In this document: positions 6,650 to 15,897 of the stretch, piece by piece
How the letters are laid out: each line of letters starts with the position of its first letter
Position numbering within the stretch: the stretch's first letter is position 1
From: a virus
Length of the DNA stretch: 64,000 nt
Direction: 5' to 3' (one strand)
Virus record (IMG/VR): IMGVR_UViG_3300037859_000002
Location: 47,212 to 111,211 of that record
Position numbers and translations under genes: made by a program
Notes under the pieces: model-generated
Databases searched by the model: none
What the model was told of the DNA's origin: nothing
What the model saw: only the letters and a program-made list of their open reading frames with translations

Positions 6650-7390
6650 CGCCGGCCTTTCTTCGTGCGTCGGGCCCGTGGTAGAACGCGCGTCGCTACT
6701 GCCGAGGTCACGCTCGGCGTGAGTCCTGCGATGGCCTGGCCAGATCGGGCGGGGCGCTCCCCGCGGACATCGAGCACAGGGCGAACGGTGGAAGTAACGC
6801 CCCTCCAGTAGCCACTTGCACGGCACATCGAAGTGTGAGATACGGTGCGGGCTGCTTGGCGATCAGGCCCGTTACTTTGGAAACTGTAGGTCGTCCGTTC
6901 AAATCGGACCAGCGGTCGCAAGGCTGCTGTAGCTCAGCCTGGTAGAGCAACGGTATGAAACGGACCGCCCTAAATTCCGGCGGCAACTGCTAACCCATCC
7001 GGCCAGGGGTTGTGGCCGGGGACCGAGATGAGTGCCCCGCGAGGGGAGCCAAGCCCCCACAGGGGGCCGCCCGGTTGATCACCGGGCGCTCGGAGGAATT
7101 CAGTTCTGCGGTGGCCGGTACGAAGCGCGAGCAAAGAACCTCGTCGCCCCACGGGCAACCTTACAGTAGGGGCTGGCTACGCCCGGCACACGCAAGTGGG
7201 ATGCCGGCAACGTCGCAAAGCCAGTTCGGCCGCCCGGGACGCCGGGGCGCTCGGCCGACGTGTTGGCCATCGCAGAAGCCAGCTGATTTGGGGTGGTGTT
7301 CTCGGCCCGCATTTCGTGGGCCAAAGCCTTGATAAAACGAGCGTATGTGCTGGTGCCCTTGAGCTGGTCTGGCCATCGCGGAAGCCTTCG
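6650..7390 (+). ncRNA. large structured ncRNA candidate (possibly GOLLD-like)
   Basis: ~740 nt without a credible ORF; many hairpins with GNRA-type loops; internal 17-nt repeat; abuts tRNA-Met; ends approximate. Confidence 0.45.
6883..6954 (+). ncRNA. circularly permuted tRNA-like domain
   Basis: order is anticodon-stem 3' strand, variable loop, T arm, acceptor stem capped by GCAA, D arm, anticodon-stem 5' strand. Confidence 0.75.
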
Positions 7391-7392
7391 GA

Positions 7393-7469
7393 TGCAGGGT
7401 AGAGCAGCCCGGTAGCTCGTCTGGCTCATAACCAGAAGGTCGCCCGTTCGAATCGGGCCTCTGCAACCA
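7393..7469 (+). tRNA. tRNA-Met (CAT), initiator-like
   Basis: full cloverleaf; GAGCAGCCCGGTAGCTC D arm; CT-CAT-AA loop; TTCGAAT; encoded CCA. Confidence 0.92.
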
Positions 7470-7517
7470 CCCCGGCTCGGATTGCCACACACAAGCATAA
7501 CGTGAGCGCAAGCCGCG

Positions 7518-8006
7518 ATGCCCATCAACAAAGCCGTGCTTCATGTCTTGGAGCAAATAGAGCGGTCGCTCCGTATCAAGCTGCGGCCGCCGCCGCTCTC
7601 CGAACACGAGTTCGTCGCCGGATTGGACCGACACTATCCCGATCTGCCTGCCGCGCGCCGCGCTGCCCTCATCCAGGAATTCGCGGCCATGCAGAGGTTG
7701 GGGCCGCTCCGCAAGGAACGGGCCGCGGCCGCCCTCGAGGATATGCGGTCGGGCGCCAGCCGCGATCCCAGAGCGCAGGCCATCATCGAGATCCTGGATA
7801 TTCTCGGCCCACCCCCTGAAAACCCAGGGGCCGTACCGCTGGTCGGCGGCTTCCGTGAGCGTGTGGCCCGCAATCGCCAGGAGAAGGACCGGGAAAAGTG
7901 GCAGGACAAACTGCGGGAACGGTCCAAAGCCATGGCCAGAGCGAGATACAAGGCGCGCAAGGAGCGCCAGCTGGCCGAGTTGAATAACCTCCAGTCTGCT
8001 GGGTAG
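7518..8006 (+). CDS. hypothetical basic protein
   Basis: 162-aa ORF between the tRNAs. Confidence 0.65.
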   Translation: MPINKAVLHVLEQIERSLRIKLRPPPLSEHEFVAGLDRHYPDLPAARRAALIQEFAAMQRLGPLRKERAAAALEDMRSGASRDPRAQAIIEILDILGPPPENPGAVPLVGGFRERVARNRQEKDREKWQDKLRERSKAMARARYKARKERQLAELNNLQSAG

Positions 8007-8021
8007 CTTCCACAGGCTTTC

Positions 8022-8096
8022 GCCCCGCTAGCTCAATGGCAGAGCGCCCCCTTTGTAAGGGGATGGTTGCCGGGTCGAAACCGGCGCGGGGCTCCA
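8022..8096 (+). tRNA. tRNA-Thr (TGT)
   Basis: cloverleaf GCCCCGC...GCGGGGC T CCA; TT-TGT-AA loop; atypical T loop GTCGAAA. Confidence 0.88.
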
Positions 8097-8151
8097 CGCT
8101 TCCAAAACACATGAAAATGTGCGACAGGGGCGCCCCACCAGGAGGCTGCAC

Positions 8152-8547
8152 ATGCGCATCAAGGGCCGGCTCATCATCGACGAGTATGTGCCAGGCGAGC
8201 CGGTGGCACACCGATGGCCGCTCCGCTTCAAGATCACTGGCGAGGATCTCGATCATGAGTTCATGATCGACCGGCACATCCCCGCCGGGGGGCAGGCCGT
8301 GTTCGGCATCGACATCGAGGTCCTCACCCCGGCGCCCGATGCGGTGCCCCCGGGTGGTCTCGCCCCCACCGACTTTCCGCCGCGGCTCGGCGTCTCGAGC
8401 GTCGGAGGGATCAAGCCCGCGTCCCTTACCGATGCCTTGGTCGGAACCCTGATGAAGGTGACGCCGCTGCCCGACCCGGCGGTGATCACCGAGGCGATCG
8501 CCGCGATCGCCAAGCCCACGAGGGTGAAGCCCCGGCGCCGCCGATGA
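8152..8547 (+). CDS. hypothetical protein
   Basis: GGAGG RBS, MRIKGRL... start, ATGA overlap with next gene. Confidence 0.7.
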   Translation: MRIKGRLIIDEYVPGEPVAHRWPLRFKITGEDLDHEFMIDRHIPAGGQAVFGIDIEVLTPAPDAVPPGGLAPTDFPPRLGVSSVGGIKPASLTDALVGTLMKVTPLPDPAVITEAIAAIAKPTRVKPRRRR

Positions 8548-8813
8548 CCGCGTCAGAGCGTCGGCGCCTGGTCTCGACCGCGATCCTCGAGGCCGCGGGC
8601 GTCGTCCCCGAGGAGGCCGCGGCCCGAGACCCGGTCCCCGATGAAACCGACCTGCAGGGCCTGGGTCTCGACTCGCTCGACATGGTCGACATCCAGATCT
8701 CGCTCAACCTCGGGCTCGGCATCGACGTCCCGGACGCCGACATGGAGGGCCTCGAGACCGTCGGTCACATCTATGCCCTGGTGGAGCGCCTGTGTGATGG
8801 AACACCGGCCTGA
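8544..8813 (+). CDS. acyl carrier protein-like
   Basis: acidic, 89 aa, LGLDSLDMVD phosphopantetheine-attachment motif, GIDVPDAD..LETVG. Confidence 0.85.
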   Translation: MTASERRRLVSTAILEAAGVVPEEAAARDPVPDETDLQGLGLDSLDMVDIQISLNLGLGIDVPDADMEGLETVGHIYALVERLCDGTPA

Positions 8814-8825
8814 TCGTCGCTGACC

Positions 8826-10391
8826 GTGCCGCTCGACCTCACCCAGGTGCAGGACCTGGCGCTCGCAAACCGCATCGAGATCGAGCGCGAGCTCGGGCGC
8901 CGCAGCTTCTGGCACTTCTTCCGGATGGCATGGCGCTACATCGATCCGGCGCCCTTCGTCGATGGCTGGCACCTGCGCGCGATCTGCGACGCGCTCGAGG
9001 CCCTGGCCCGACGCGACTTCCGTGAGCTCGTGCTCTGCGTGCCCCCGCGGCACACGAAGTCGCTGCTCGTCTCGGTCTGCTTCCCCGCCTGGGTCTGGAC
9101 CTGGGATCCGGCCCACCAGTTCATCACCGCCTCATACGACCAGCGCCTGGCCGTGCGCGACGGGCTCAAGAGCCGCCGCCTGGTCAAGAGCGCCTGGTTC
9201 CAACAGCGGTGGCCCGAGGTCCAGTTCCGCAAGGACCAGGACACCAAGACCTACTACGAGACCACCGCGGGCGGGCACCGGTTTCTCACCACGCCGGGCT
9301 CGGGCGTGACGGGCCACGGCGCCGACACCATCCTGGGCGACGACCTGCACAACGCCAAGGAGGCGACCACCGAGATCAGCCGCGAGGAAGCCCGCGAATT
9401 CTGGTTCGAGAGCATCAGCTCGCGCCTCAACGACCAGATGACCGGCGCCTTCGGGGTGATCCAGCAGCGCCTGCACAACGACGACGTGGCCGGCCACTGC
9501 ATGCGCAAGGGCTACCACAAGGTGGTGCTGCCCGCGCTCTTTGAGGCCGACCACCCGGACGCATACGCGCTCGACCCTCGCGTCGAGGGCGAACCCCTGT
9601 GGCCGGCGCGCATGCCCCTCGAGGCGATCGAGCGTCAGCGCCAGACCCTCGGGGCCTATGCCTTCGCTGGTCAGCAGCAGCAGCGCCCCACGGCGCGCGA
9701 GGGCGGGCTGTTCAAGCGCGCCGACTTCATCATCGGCGAGGCCATCCCGCCCGGGGTCATCAGCTGGGTCCGCCGCTGGGACCTGGCGGGGACCGAGCCC
9801 AAGCCCGGGGGCGACCCCGACTACACCGTGGGCGTCAGGATGGGCCGCCTGCCCGACGGGCGGTTCGTCATCAGCTCGGTGATCCGGGAGCGCCTGTCGC
9901 CCCTTGGGGTGGAGAAGCTCCTTCTCGCGACCGCGCAGCTCGATGGTACGGGGGTCACGATCGGGCTGAGCCAGGATCCCGGTCAGGCGGGCAAGGCCCA
10001 GATCAGGGCGCTGACGACGATGTTGAACGGCTACATGGTCGTGTCGGAGCCCGAGACGGGATCGAAGTTCACCCGCGCCGAGATCCTGGCCCCCCAGGTG
10101 GAGGCGGGCAACCTGCTGCTGCTGCGCGCCGACTGGAACGAAGAGTTCCTGGTCGAGATGCAGATGTTCCCCAACGCCTCGCACGACGACCAGGTGGACG
10201 CCGCCACGGGCGCGCACCGGCTGCTGACCCAGAACCAGCAGGGCATGCTCGACCTGATGCGCGCCGAATTCCGCGACGCGATGTTGAAGCGCGCGCGCGA
10301 GCTGATCGCCCAGGGCCAGATGGCCGACCCAGAGATTGCGGTCGCCACGGGGTTGGCGCTCGAGGAGATCGAGGCCCTTCGGCGCGCTTGA
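8826..10391 (+). CDS. terL: terminase large subunit
   Basis: PPRHTKS Walker A, ILGDD Walker B, WDLA and HDDQVDA nuclease motifs. Confidence 0.95.
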   Translation: MPLDLTQVQDLALANRIEIERELGRRSFWHFFRMAWRYIDPAPFVDGWHLRAICDALEALARRDFRELVLCVPPRHTKSLLVSVCFPAWVWTWDPAHQFITASYDQRLAVRDGLKSRRLVKSAWFQQRWPEVQFRKDQDTKTYYETTAGGHRFLTTPGSGVTGHGADTILGDDLHNAKEATTEISREEAREFWFESISSRLNDQMTGAFGVIQQRLHNDDVAGHCMRKGYHKVVLPALFEADHPDAYALDPRVEGEPLWPARMPLEAIERQRQTLGAYAFAGQQQQRPTAREGGLFKRADFIIGEAIPPGVISWVRRWDLAGTEPKPGGDPDYTVGVRMGRLPDGRFVISSVIRERLSPLGVEKLLLATAQLDGTGVTIGLSQDPGQAGKAQIRALTTMLNGYMVVSEPETGSKFTRAEILAPQVEAGNLLLLRADWNEEFLVEMQMFPNASHDDQVDAATGAHRLLTQNQQGMLDLMRAEFRDAMLKRARELIAQGQMADPEIAVATGLALEEIEALRRA

Positions 10392-10450
10392 CCCGATAAC
10401 ACATTTTGATGTTATCATGCCCCCATTGGTGGAATCGATAAGGGGGTGGC

Positions 10451-10790
10451 GATGGTCTGGAATCTCGAGGTGCTGTGCCCGATCTCGGAGCGCGAGATCA
10501 GATCGGCGGCAAAGCTGATGCCCATCGTGGCCATGAGCCACGTGGTCAGGGTGCTCACCCCGCCCTTGGTGGCCGCCGGCATCGGTTGCGTCTGGTTCGC
10601 GGTCATGTGCGGCCTGGTCGAGGCGCCGGTCCATGTGGTCGGCCCGCTGATGGGGATCGGCCTGGGCGTCATTTTCGGTTCGCTCGTCACGGCCTCGACG
10701 GGCGTGCGGCTCACGCGCGTGTCCCGCGACTGCGAGGAGGAGTGGCGCGCGCAGCAGGGCCAGAGCAACTCGCGCCGGAGCGTGCCATGA
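10451..10790 (+). CDS. membrane protein
   Basis: two hydrophobic segments; start uncertain. Confidence 0.5.
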
Positions 10791-11116
10791 GCGCCGCTCC
10801 GCGTGTGATCGAGCTCGGGGTTCCCAGTTACTGGAACGACGACCAGGTCGAGGCCTTTCGAAGCGCCTGGGAATACATGCAGACCGGCAAAGACTCACTC
10901 GGCCTGCTCGTTTGTAACGACCCCTCAACAAGACCGATCAGCGTCGCCAACCGCGAGCGCGCCCTTCACTGGGCGAAGGATTTCATCAGCCGCGGCTCGC
11001 TCAACGTCGTCGACGACCAGTCGTTCGACGAGCTGAAAAAACTCAGTCGCTCGATCGGCTTGTTCCTCGATTATGGCCACTGGGTGATGCAGATGCCCGA
11101 AGGCGACGGCCGATGA
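10787..11116 (+). CDS. hypothetical protein
   Basis: MSAAPRVIELG..., ATGA overlaps on both sides. Confidence 0.65.
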   Translation: MSAAPRVIELGVPSYWNDDQVEAFRSAWEYMQTGKDSLGLLVCNDPSTRPISVANRERALHWAKDFISRGSLNVVDDQSFDELKKLSRSIGLFLDYGHWVMQMPEGDGR

Positions 11117-11358
11117 ACGTGCTGGTCCGCTTCTGCCTCGCCCTGGTCGCGATGCCCTTTGTGGTCGTCGTCGCCTTCTGCGCCCTGGCCGCGGCGGTCG
11201 CGACCGCCGCATGGATCTTCATCCTCATGTGCGCGCTCTCGCTCGGCCTGATCGCGCTGACCATGTGCGTGCTCGCCATGCCGGACAAAGCGGTGAGCAG
11301 CAAGGTCGTGAACATGACGATCCACCGCGGTGGCAAGGACGGAAAGCCCGCGGCGTGA
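11113..11358 (+). CDS. small membrane protein
   Basis: very long hydrophobic stretch. Confidence 0.65.
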   Translation: MNVLVRFCLALVAMPFVVVVAFCALAAAVATAAWIFILMCALSLGLIALTMCVLAMPDKAVSSKVVNMTIHRGGKDGKPAA

Positions 11359-11365
11359 TCCGCTG

Positions 11366-12061
11366 ATGCCGCGCGCACGCATCGATCCCGGTTGGCTGCG
11401 CGCGGCCCTGATGGATGAAATCCGCGCCTGCATCGCCGCCGGCCGGTCATTCCCGACCAACAGCGATCTTGGGGCGCGCTGGGACATCAACGCCGTCACC
11501 GTGGTCGAGAAGCTGAACCAGTTGAAGGCCATGAAGCTGATCAGGGTCGAGCGCTTCGGCAACAGCCGGCGAATCACCCTGGTCGAAACCGGCGGGCAGA
11601 CGAGGCTGCCCAGCGGGGTGCGCGAGACACAACACTGGTCCGAGCGAGGGGGGCGCCCCCCCCGGCGCGGGACCGGCGCCCGATCCGGGGCGCCTCCAGG
11701 GGGCGCGTCGGCCGCCCCAGCGAACCAAGGGGGCCTGACGCGCCGCCCCGGCGCCCGGACGCCCCAGGCGCCGGGTGTTTTTGAGGCCAAGGCCCCCGAG
11801 CCGACACCGGTGCCAGATCAGGCTGAAGTCCGACTGCGGGCCAACATCACCAGGGCGAAGAACCTCGCCCAGCGCTCCGTGGCCGGCACCTACAAGGCGC
11901 CGACGGTGTTGCCGGTCCCGCGACGCTGTGCGTTCCCCGTGCGTGACTGGCGCGCCCACCCGCGCGCCTGGTTCTGCGGTAGCCCCTCGGTCGAGGGGCG
12001 CCCCTATTGCGCCGCGCACTGCGAGGTCGCCTACCAGAAGCGCAAGGAAGAAACGGAATGA
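11366..12061 (+). CDS. HTH protein with GcrA-like C-terminal domain
   Basis: N-terminal winged-HTH-like segment; C-terminal RRCAFP..WFCG...GRPYCAAHCEVAY. Confidence 0.75.
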   Translation: MPRARIDPGWLRAALMDEIRACIAAGRSFPTNSDLGARWDINAVTVVEKLNQLKAMKLIRVERFGNSRRITLVETGGQTRLPSGVRETQHWSERGGRPPRRGTGARSGAPPGGASAAPANQGGLTRRPGARTPQAPGVFEAKAPEPTPVPDQAEVRLRANITRAKNLAQRSVAGTYKAPTVLPVPRRCAFPVRDWRAHPRAWFCGSPSVEGRPYCAAHCEVAYQKRKEETE

Positions 12062-12330
12062 CCAATGAGGTGCGCCAGCTTCAGTCGCCAGAGCGGCCGG
12101 GCCTGACCATGGCGCAGGCGGGTCTGGTGCTCGTCTACCCGGCTGACAAGTCGGCCCCCTTGGTCTTTGCCCTGCACGGTCGCCAGACGGACGCGCAGGG
12201 CGACCCGAAGGTGATCGTCCACTCCCAGGGAGGCCTGGTCGCTCTGGATGCCAACCAGGTTTCGGACCTGGGGCTGATCGTTCCCAACGCGCTGTTCGCC
12301 AGCCTCGCCCCGGGATATGGGCATGCCTAA
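12058..12330 (+). CDS. hypothetical protein
   Basis: ATGA-coupled ORF MTNEVRQL... Confidence 0.6.
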   Translation: MTNEVRQLQSPERPGLTMAQAGLVLVYPADKSAPLVFALHGRQTDAQGDPKVIVHSQGGLVALDANQVSDLGLIVPNALFASLAPGYGHA

Positions 12331-12742
12331 GGGGGCGAATTCACAGTGTGAACTCTGTTTGTACCCTAGGAGCTCGAGTGAGCTCCTGAAGGCCCTCGTG
12401 GGTGACAATCCAATCAAGAAGATGGCCCTGATGCTCGGCTGGGAGCATGTGCGCCAGAACCTGGGCTGGCCCGTCGAGTATGAGAAATGGCCTACGTTCC
12501 TGCAGCAGACCTACGAGGACGGCCGCCAGATGGCCGTCGAGGTCCGCGCCGCGCTCATTGGGAGCCGGTCAGGCTGGCTGGAGGCCTGGCCGAGCCTGGA
12601 TTCACTGCCCCCGGAGACCCATCGCGTGCTGGCCGAGCGCGCTTGTTGGGAACAGGTCTCGCCGTTCTCCCACCGTGCACCCGATCCCAAGCTGACCTTC
12701 GCTAGAACGCCGCTGCCGCGAGGAGGCCGACGATGCCGATAG
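12317..12742 (+). CDS. hypothetical protein
   Basis: in-operon ORF; start uncertain. Confidence 0.55.
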   Translation: MGMPKGANSQCELCLYPRSSSELLKALVGDNPIKKMALMLGWEHVRQNLGWPVEYEKWPTFLQQTYEDGRQMAVEVRAALIGSRSGWLEAWPSLDSLPPETHRVLAERACWEQVSPFSHRAPDPKLTFARTPLPRGGRRCR

Positions 12743-12987
12743 ATCCGTTCCCGATGTCGCCCGGCCCCGCTGGCCCAGCCGAGAACGCCGCGGCCGCCAC
12801 CCCCTCGGCCTCCGACATGGCGGTCACGATCAGGGGCTTCCACTGCAACGTCGCCGGTGACGTCGTCTGCCGCATGAAGAGCGGCAGCCAGTCGGTGACC
12901 TTCGCCTGCTCGGCCGGGGCCTTCTACCCCTACCGCCTGGCCGCGGTCCTGCCCGGCACGACGGCGTCGATCATCCTGCTCTGGTAA
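12733..12987 (+). CDS. small phage protein
   Basis: GGAGG RBS; beta-rich 84-aa ORF before the portal. Confidence 0.65.
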   Translation: MPIDPFPMSPGPAGPAENAAAATPSASDMAVTIRGFHCNVAGDVVCRMKSGSQSVTFACSAGAFYPYRLAAVLPGTTASIILLW

Positions 12988-12993
12988 GCCGCA

Positions 12994-14745
12994 GTGCCAG
13001 ACGAGAACACGGGACTGCCGCCGGGATCGGCCCGCGGCATCCTTAGGCTCATCGCGCCCGAGTTCATCCGTCGCGTCGTCGCCGGCATCGGCTTCCCCCT
13101 GCGCGGAGAGGCGCGCCCCCCGATCCAGGGCGCCGACCTCGGCAGCCTCGGGACCGAGACCAATCAGCCCATGCCCAGGGTGCGGCGCGAGCCCTTCTTC
13201 GGGCCGGGCCAGCCGCTCACCCCGGTGGTGGCCGATCGCACCGAGGTCGAGGGCCGCGCCACCGACTACCCCTTCGCGCTCAACCAGAATTACCGGCCCC
13301 GCTCGTCCGAGCCGATCTCGTTCGAGATCCTGCGCCGGATGGCCGACCCGACCACGGGCTACGACCTGATGCGGCTCGCGATCGAAACCCGCAAGGACCA
13401 GATGGCCAAGCTCGAGTGGTCGATCCTGCCCCGCCAGGAGGGGGCGAAGAAGCGCTTCCGTAAGGCGACCCCGCGGTGCGCCGAGATCGAACGCTGCCTG
13501 CGCAGCCCCGACCGGCGCCTGCCCTGGGAAAGCTGGATGCGCGAGCTCATCGAGGACCAGCTGGTGATCGACGCGCCCGCGGTGTTCGTGCGCAAGACCG
13601 TCGGCGGCGACCTCTACTCGCTCGACGTGGTCGACGGCGCGACCATCAAGGTCCTGGTCGATGGCACGGGCCGGGCGCCGATGCCGCCCGAGCCGGCCTA
13701 CCAGCAGGTGCTCAAGGGCGTCGTGGTCGCCAACTACACGGCGGACGAGCTGATCTACATGCCGCGCAATCCGCGCAGCAGCCGCTTCTACGGCATGTCC
13801 CCGGTCGAGCAGGTGCTGATGACCGTGAACATCGGGCTTCGTCGCCAGCTCAGCCAGCTCGACTACTACACGGCGGGCAATATGCCCGACTCGATCATCT
13901 CGGTGCCCGAGACCTGGACGCCCGCGCAGATCAAGGAATTCCAGACCTACTGGGATGCGATGATCGAGGGCAACCCGAGCCTGCGCCGCCGCGCCAAATT
14001 CGTGCCCGCGGGGATCAACCCCGTGATGACCGGCGCCAGCGCAGGCACGGGCCTGATGGACCAGTATGACGAGTGGCTGGCCCGGGTGATCATGTACGCC
14101 TTCAGCCTGCCGGCACTGCCGTTCATCCGGATGCAGAACCGCGCGACGGCCGAGACCGCGAACGCTTCGGCCCTCGAAGAGGGGCTGCTGCCGATGATGG
14201 CCTGGCTCAAGGGCCTCATGGATCGCATCATCGAGGTCGCCTTTAACGAGCCGGGCCTCGAATTCGTCTTCGACAGCATCCGCAAGCTCGACCAGGCCGA
14301 GCAGCTGTCCATGGACCTGCAGATGATGGAGCGGGGCATCAAGTCGCTCGACGAGGTGCGCGAGGAGCTCGGCCTCGAGCCCCTGGGGCTGCCGCACATC
14401 CGCATTGGCATCGGCCCCCTGGGCTTCATGACCGTCGAGGACATGAAGAAGGCGATCGCCCAGGGTCTGACCATGCCCCAGGCCCCGCCAGCGGTGGATG
14501 CGATGGGCAATCCGATCCCAGGGGGTGCGCCCGGGGCCGGCATCTCTGGCCAGACCGCCGCCCAGGTGCTGGAGCAGCTGCCGCCCGGGTTGCGCAACTT
14601 CGTCGACGGGGCGCTGACGCCCAGGGCGATGATCCGCGCCGAGGCCCTGGTCGATGAGGAGGAGTCCGACCCTCCGTCTGGTACGATGGCGGCGTTCATG
14701 CACCAGGCGATCGACGAGGCCTCGCAGCTCGCCCGTGGTTCATGA
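12994..14745 (+). CDS. portal protein
   Basis: YGMSPVE, YYTAGNMP and LDEVREELGLEP motifs; position. Confidence 0.92.
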   Translation: MPDENTGLPPGSARGILRLIAPEFIRRVVAGIGFPLRGEARPPIQGADLGSLGTETNQPMPRVRREPFFGPGQPLTPVVADRTEVEGRATDYPFALNQNYRPRSSEPISFEILRRMADPTTGYDLMRLAIETRKDQMAKLEWSILPRQEGAKKRFRKATPRCAEIERCLRSPDRRLPWESWMRELIEDQLVIDAPAVFVRKTVGGDLYSLDVVDGATIKVLVDGTGRAPMPPEPAYQQVLKGVVVANYTADELIYMPRNPRSSRFYGMSPVEQVLMTVNIGLRRQLSQLDYYTAGNMPDSIISVPETWTPAQIKEFQTYWDAMIEGNPSLRRRAKFVPAGINPVMTGASAGTGLMDQYDEWLARVIMYAFSLPALPFIRMQNRATAETANASALEEGLLPMMAWLKGLMDRIIEVAFNEPGLEFVFDSIRKLDQAEQLSMDLQMMERGIKSLDEVREELGLEPLGLPHIRIGIGPLGFMTVEDMKKAIAQGLTMPQAPPAVDAMGNPIPGGAPGAGISGQTAAQVLEQLPPGLRNFVDGALTPRAMIRAEALVDEEESDPPSGTMAAFMHQAIDEASQLARGS

Positions 14746-14972
14746 GCTGGCGGCATCCGAAGTTCTGCGGGCGTTCGCAGGGTGACCATCGGACCAAGGA
14801 TTTTGGAACCAGGGAAGGGGCGGCCATCCTGGCCTGCCGGATCGCTGCCGCCTGGGCAGAAGTGGGGGTGACCGTGATTCCGGAGATCGAGCGCATCAAG
14901 GCGACCGACCATCGGGTGCCGCGCTACCGCGTCGTGCTGCCCGGCTTCGTGAACGGCATACCCCCCCGATGA
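14742..14972 (+). CDS. hypothetical protein
   Basis: ATGA-coupled ORF. Confidence 0.6.
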   Translation: MSWRHPKFCGRSQGDHRTKDFGTREGAAILACRIAAAWAEVGVTVIPEIERIKATDHRVPRYRVVLPGFVNGIPPR

Positions 14973-15286
14973 TCAGGGCGCTCGCGCTTCTTCTCCTGGT
15001 GGTGCCCGCCTGGGCGCACCAGGCGCCCTCAGGTTGGGAGTATCCCAACGAGTGCTGCGCCGCGCACAACGACTGCGCGATGATCGAGGCGCGCTTCGTC
15101 AGCATCACGCCCCAGGGTTATCGGGTGGTGCTGCCCCTGGGGGCGCACCCTCGGCCCTATGCGGTGGACGACCTGTTTGTGCCCGCGGATCCGCGGATCC
15201 GGCGCAGCGGCGACGGCGACTGGCATCTGTGCATTCGACCCAACGGGCAAGTCCTCTGTCTGTACGTCGCTCCTGGTTCAACGTGA
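14969..15286 (+). CDS. secreted Cys-containing protein
   Basis: signal peptide, WEYPNECCAAHNDC, C-terminal HLC..LCLY. Confidence 0.7.
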   Translation: MIRALALLLLVVPAWAHQAPSGWEYPNECCAAHNDCAMIEARFVSITPQGYRVVLPLGAHPRPYAVDDLFVPADPRIRRSGDGDWHLCIRPNGQVLCLYVAPGST

Positions 15287-15297
15287 GGAACGCCCCG

Positions 15298-15471
15298 ATG
15301 GAAGAGCGTCTGGCGCCCAACCCGTATATCGGTTTTCAGGGTCCCCACTGGTCCGACATCTACCGACCCGACAGCGCGCTGACCTCGGCGGCCCTCGCGG
15401 CCGCGGCGCCGCAGCTGATGCTCGAGGTCGAGCGCCTGAAGCGCGAACTCCAGGCATGCCTCGCGAAGTGA
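15298..15471 (+). CDS. hypothetical protein
   Basis: GAGGA RBS, MEERLAPNP... Confidence 0.5.
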   Translation: MEERLAPNPYIGFQGPHWSDIYRPDSALTSAALAAAAPQLMLEVERLKRELQACLAK

Positions 15472-15508
15472 GGCGGCACCTGTTTCCACATCGATATGTG
15501 AGGCCATC

Positions 15509-15892
15509 ATGGAACTGACCGATCGCGACCGCCTGCGTATGCAGGGCCTGCACTCCCAGCTGGTGGCGGTGCTCGAGCTCGCGGCCAGCGAGTTCACGGG
15601 CGCCGAGGGCTGGTTCATCAGCGAGGGCCGGCGCAGTCTCGAGCGCCAGAAGGAGCTCTATGCGGCCGGGCGGACCAAGACGCTGCAGAGCCGGCATCTG
15701 ACCGGCCACGCGGTGGACATCTACCCGATCTCGGAGAGGCCGATCCCTGAGATGGCGCCCGAGGATTTCGACTTCATCAACCTGGCTGTGCGCAGCGCGG
15801 CGCTGAAGCTGCAGGTGCCGATGAAGCACGGGATCGACTGGGGCTGGGACGCGCCCCACCACGAGCTCGACGCCGCCGTTTTCCCGGCCTGA
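15509..15892 (+). CDS. endolysin, M15-family peptidase
   Basis: EGRRSLERQKELY, SRHLTGHAVD, DAPHHEL Zn-peptidase motifs. Confidence 0.88.
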   Translation: MELTDRDRLRMQGLHSQLVAVLELAASEFTGAEGWFISEGRRSLERQKELYAAGRTKTLQSRHLTGHAVDIYPISERPIPEMAPEDFDFINLAVRSAALKLQVPMKHGIDWGWDAPHHELDAAVFPA

Positions 15893-15897
15893 CGCGC

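Noticed and set aside
6883-6954. Two-piece tmRNA
   Set aside because: Has a full D arm, no CCA, no G3-U70 pair and no evident tag reading frame
7470-7517. HDV-like (theta) ribozyme after tRNA-Met
   Set aside because: I could not build the nested double pseudoknot; only a simple hairpin is visible
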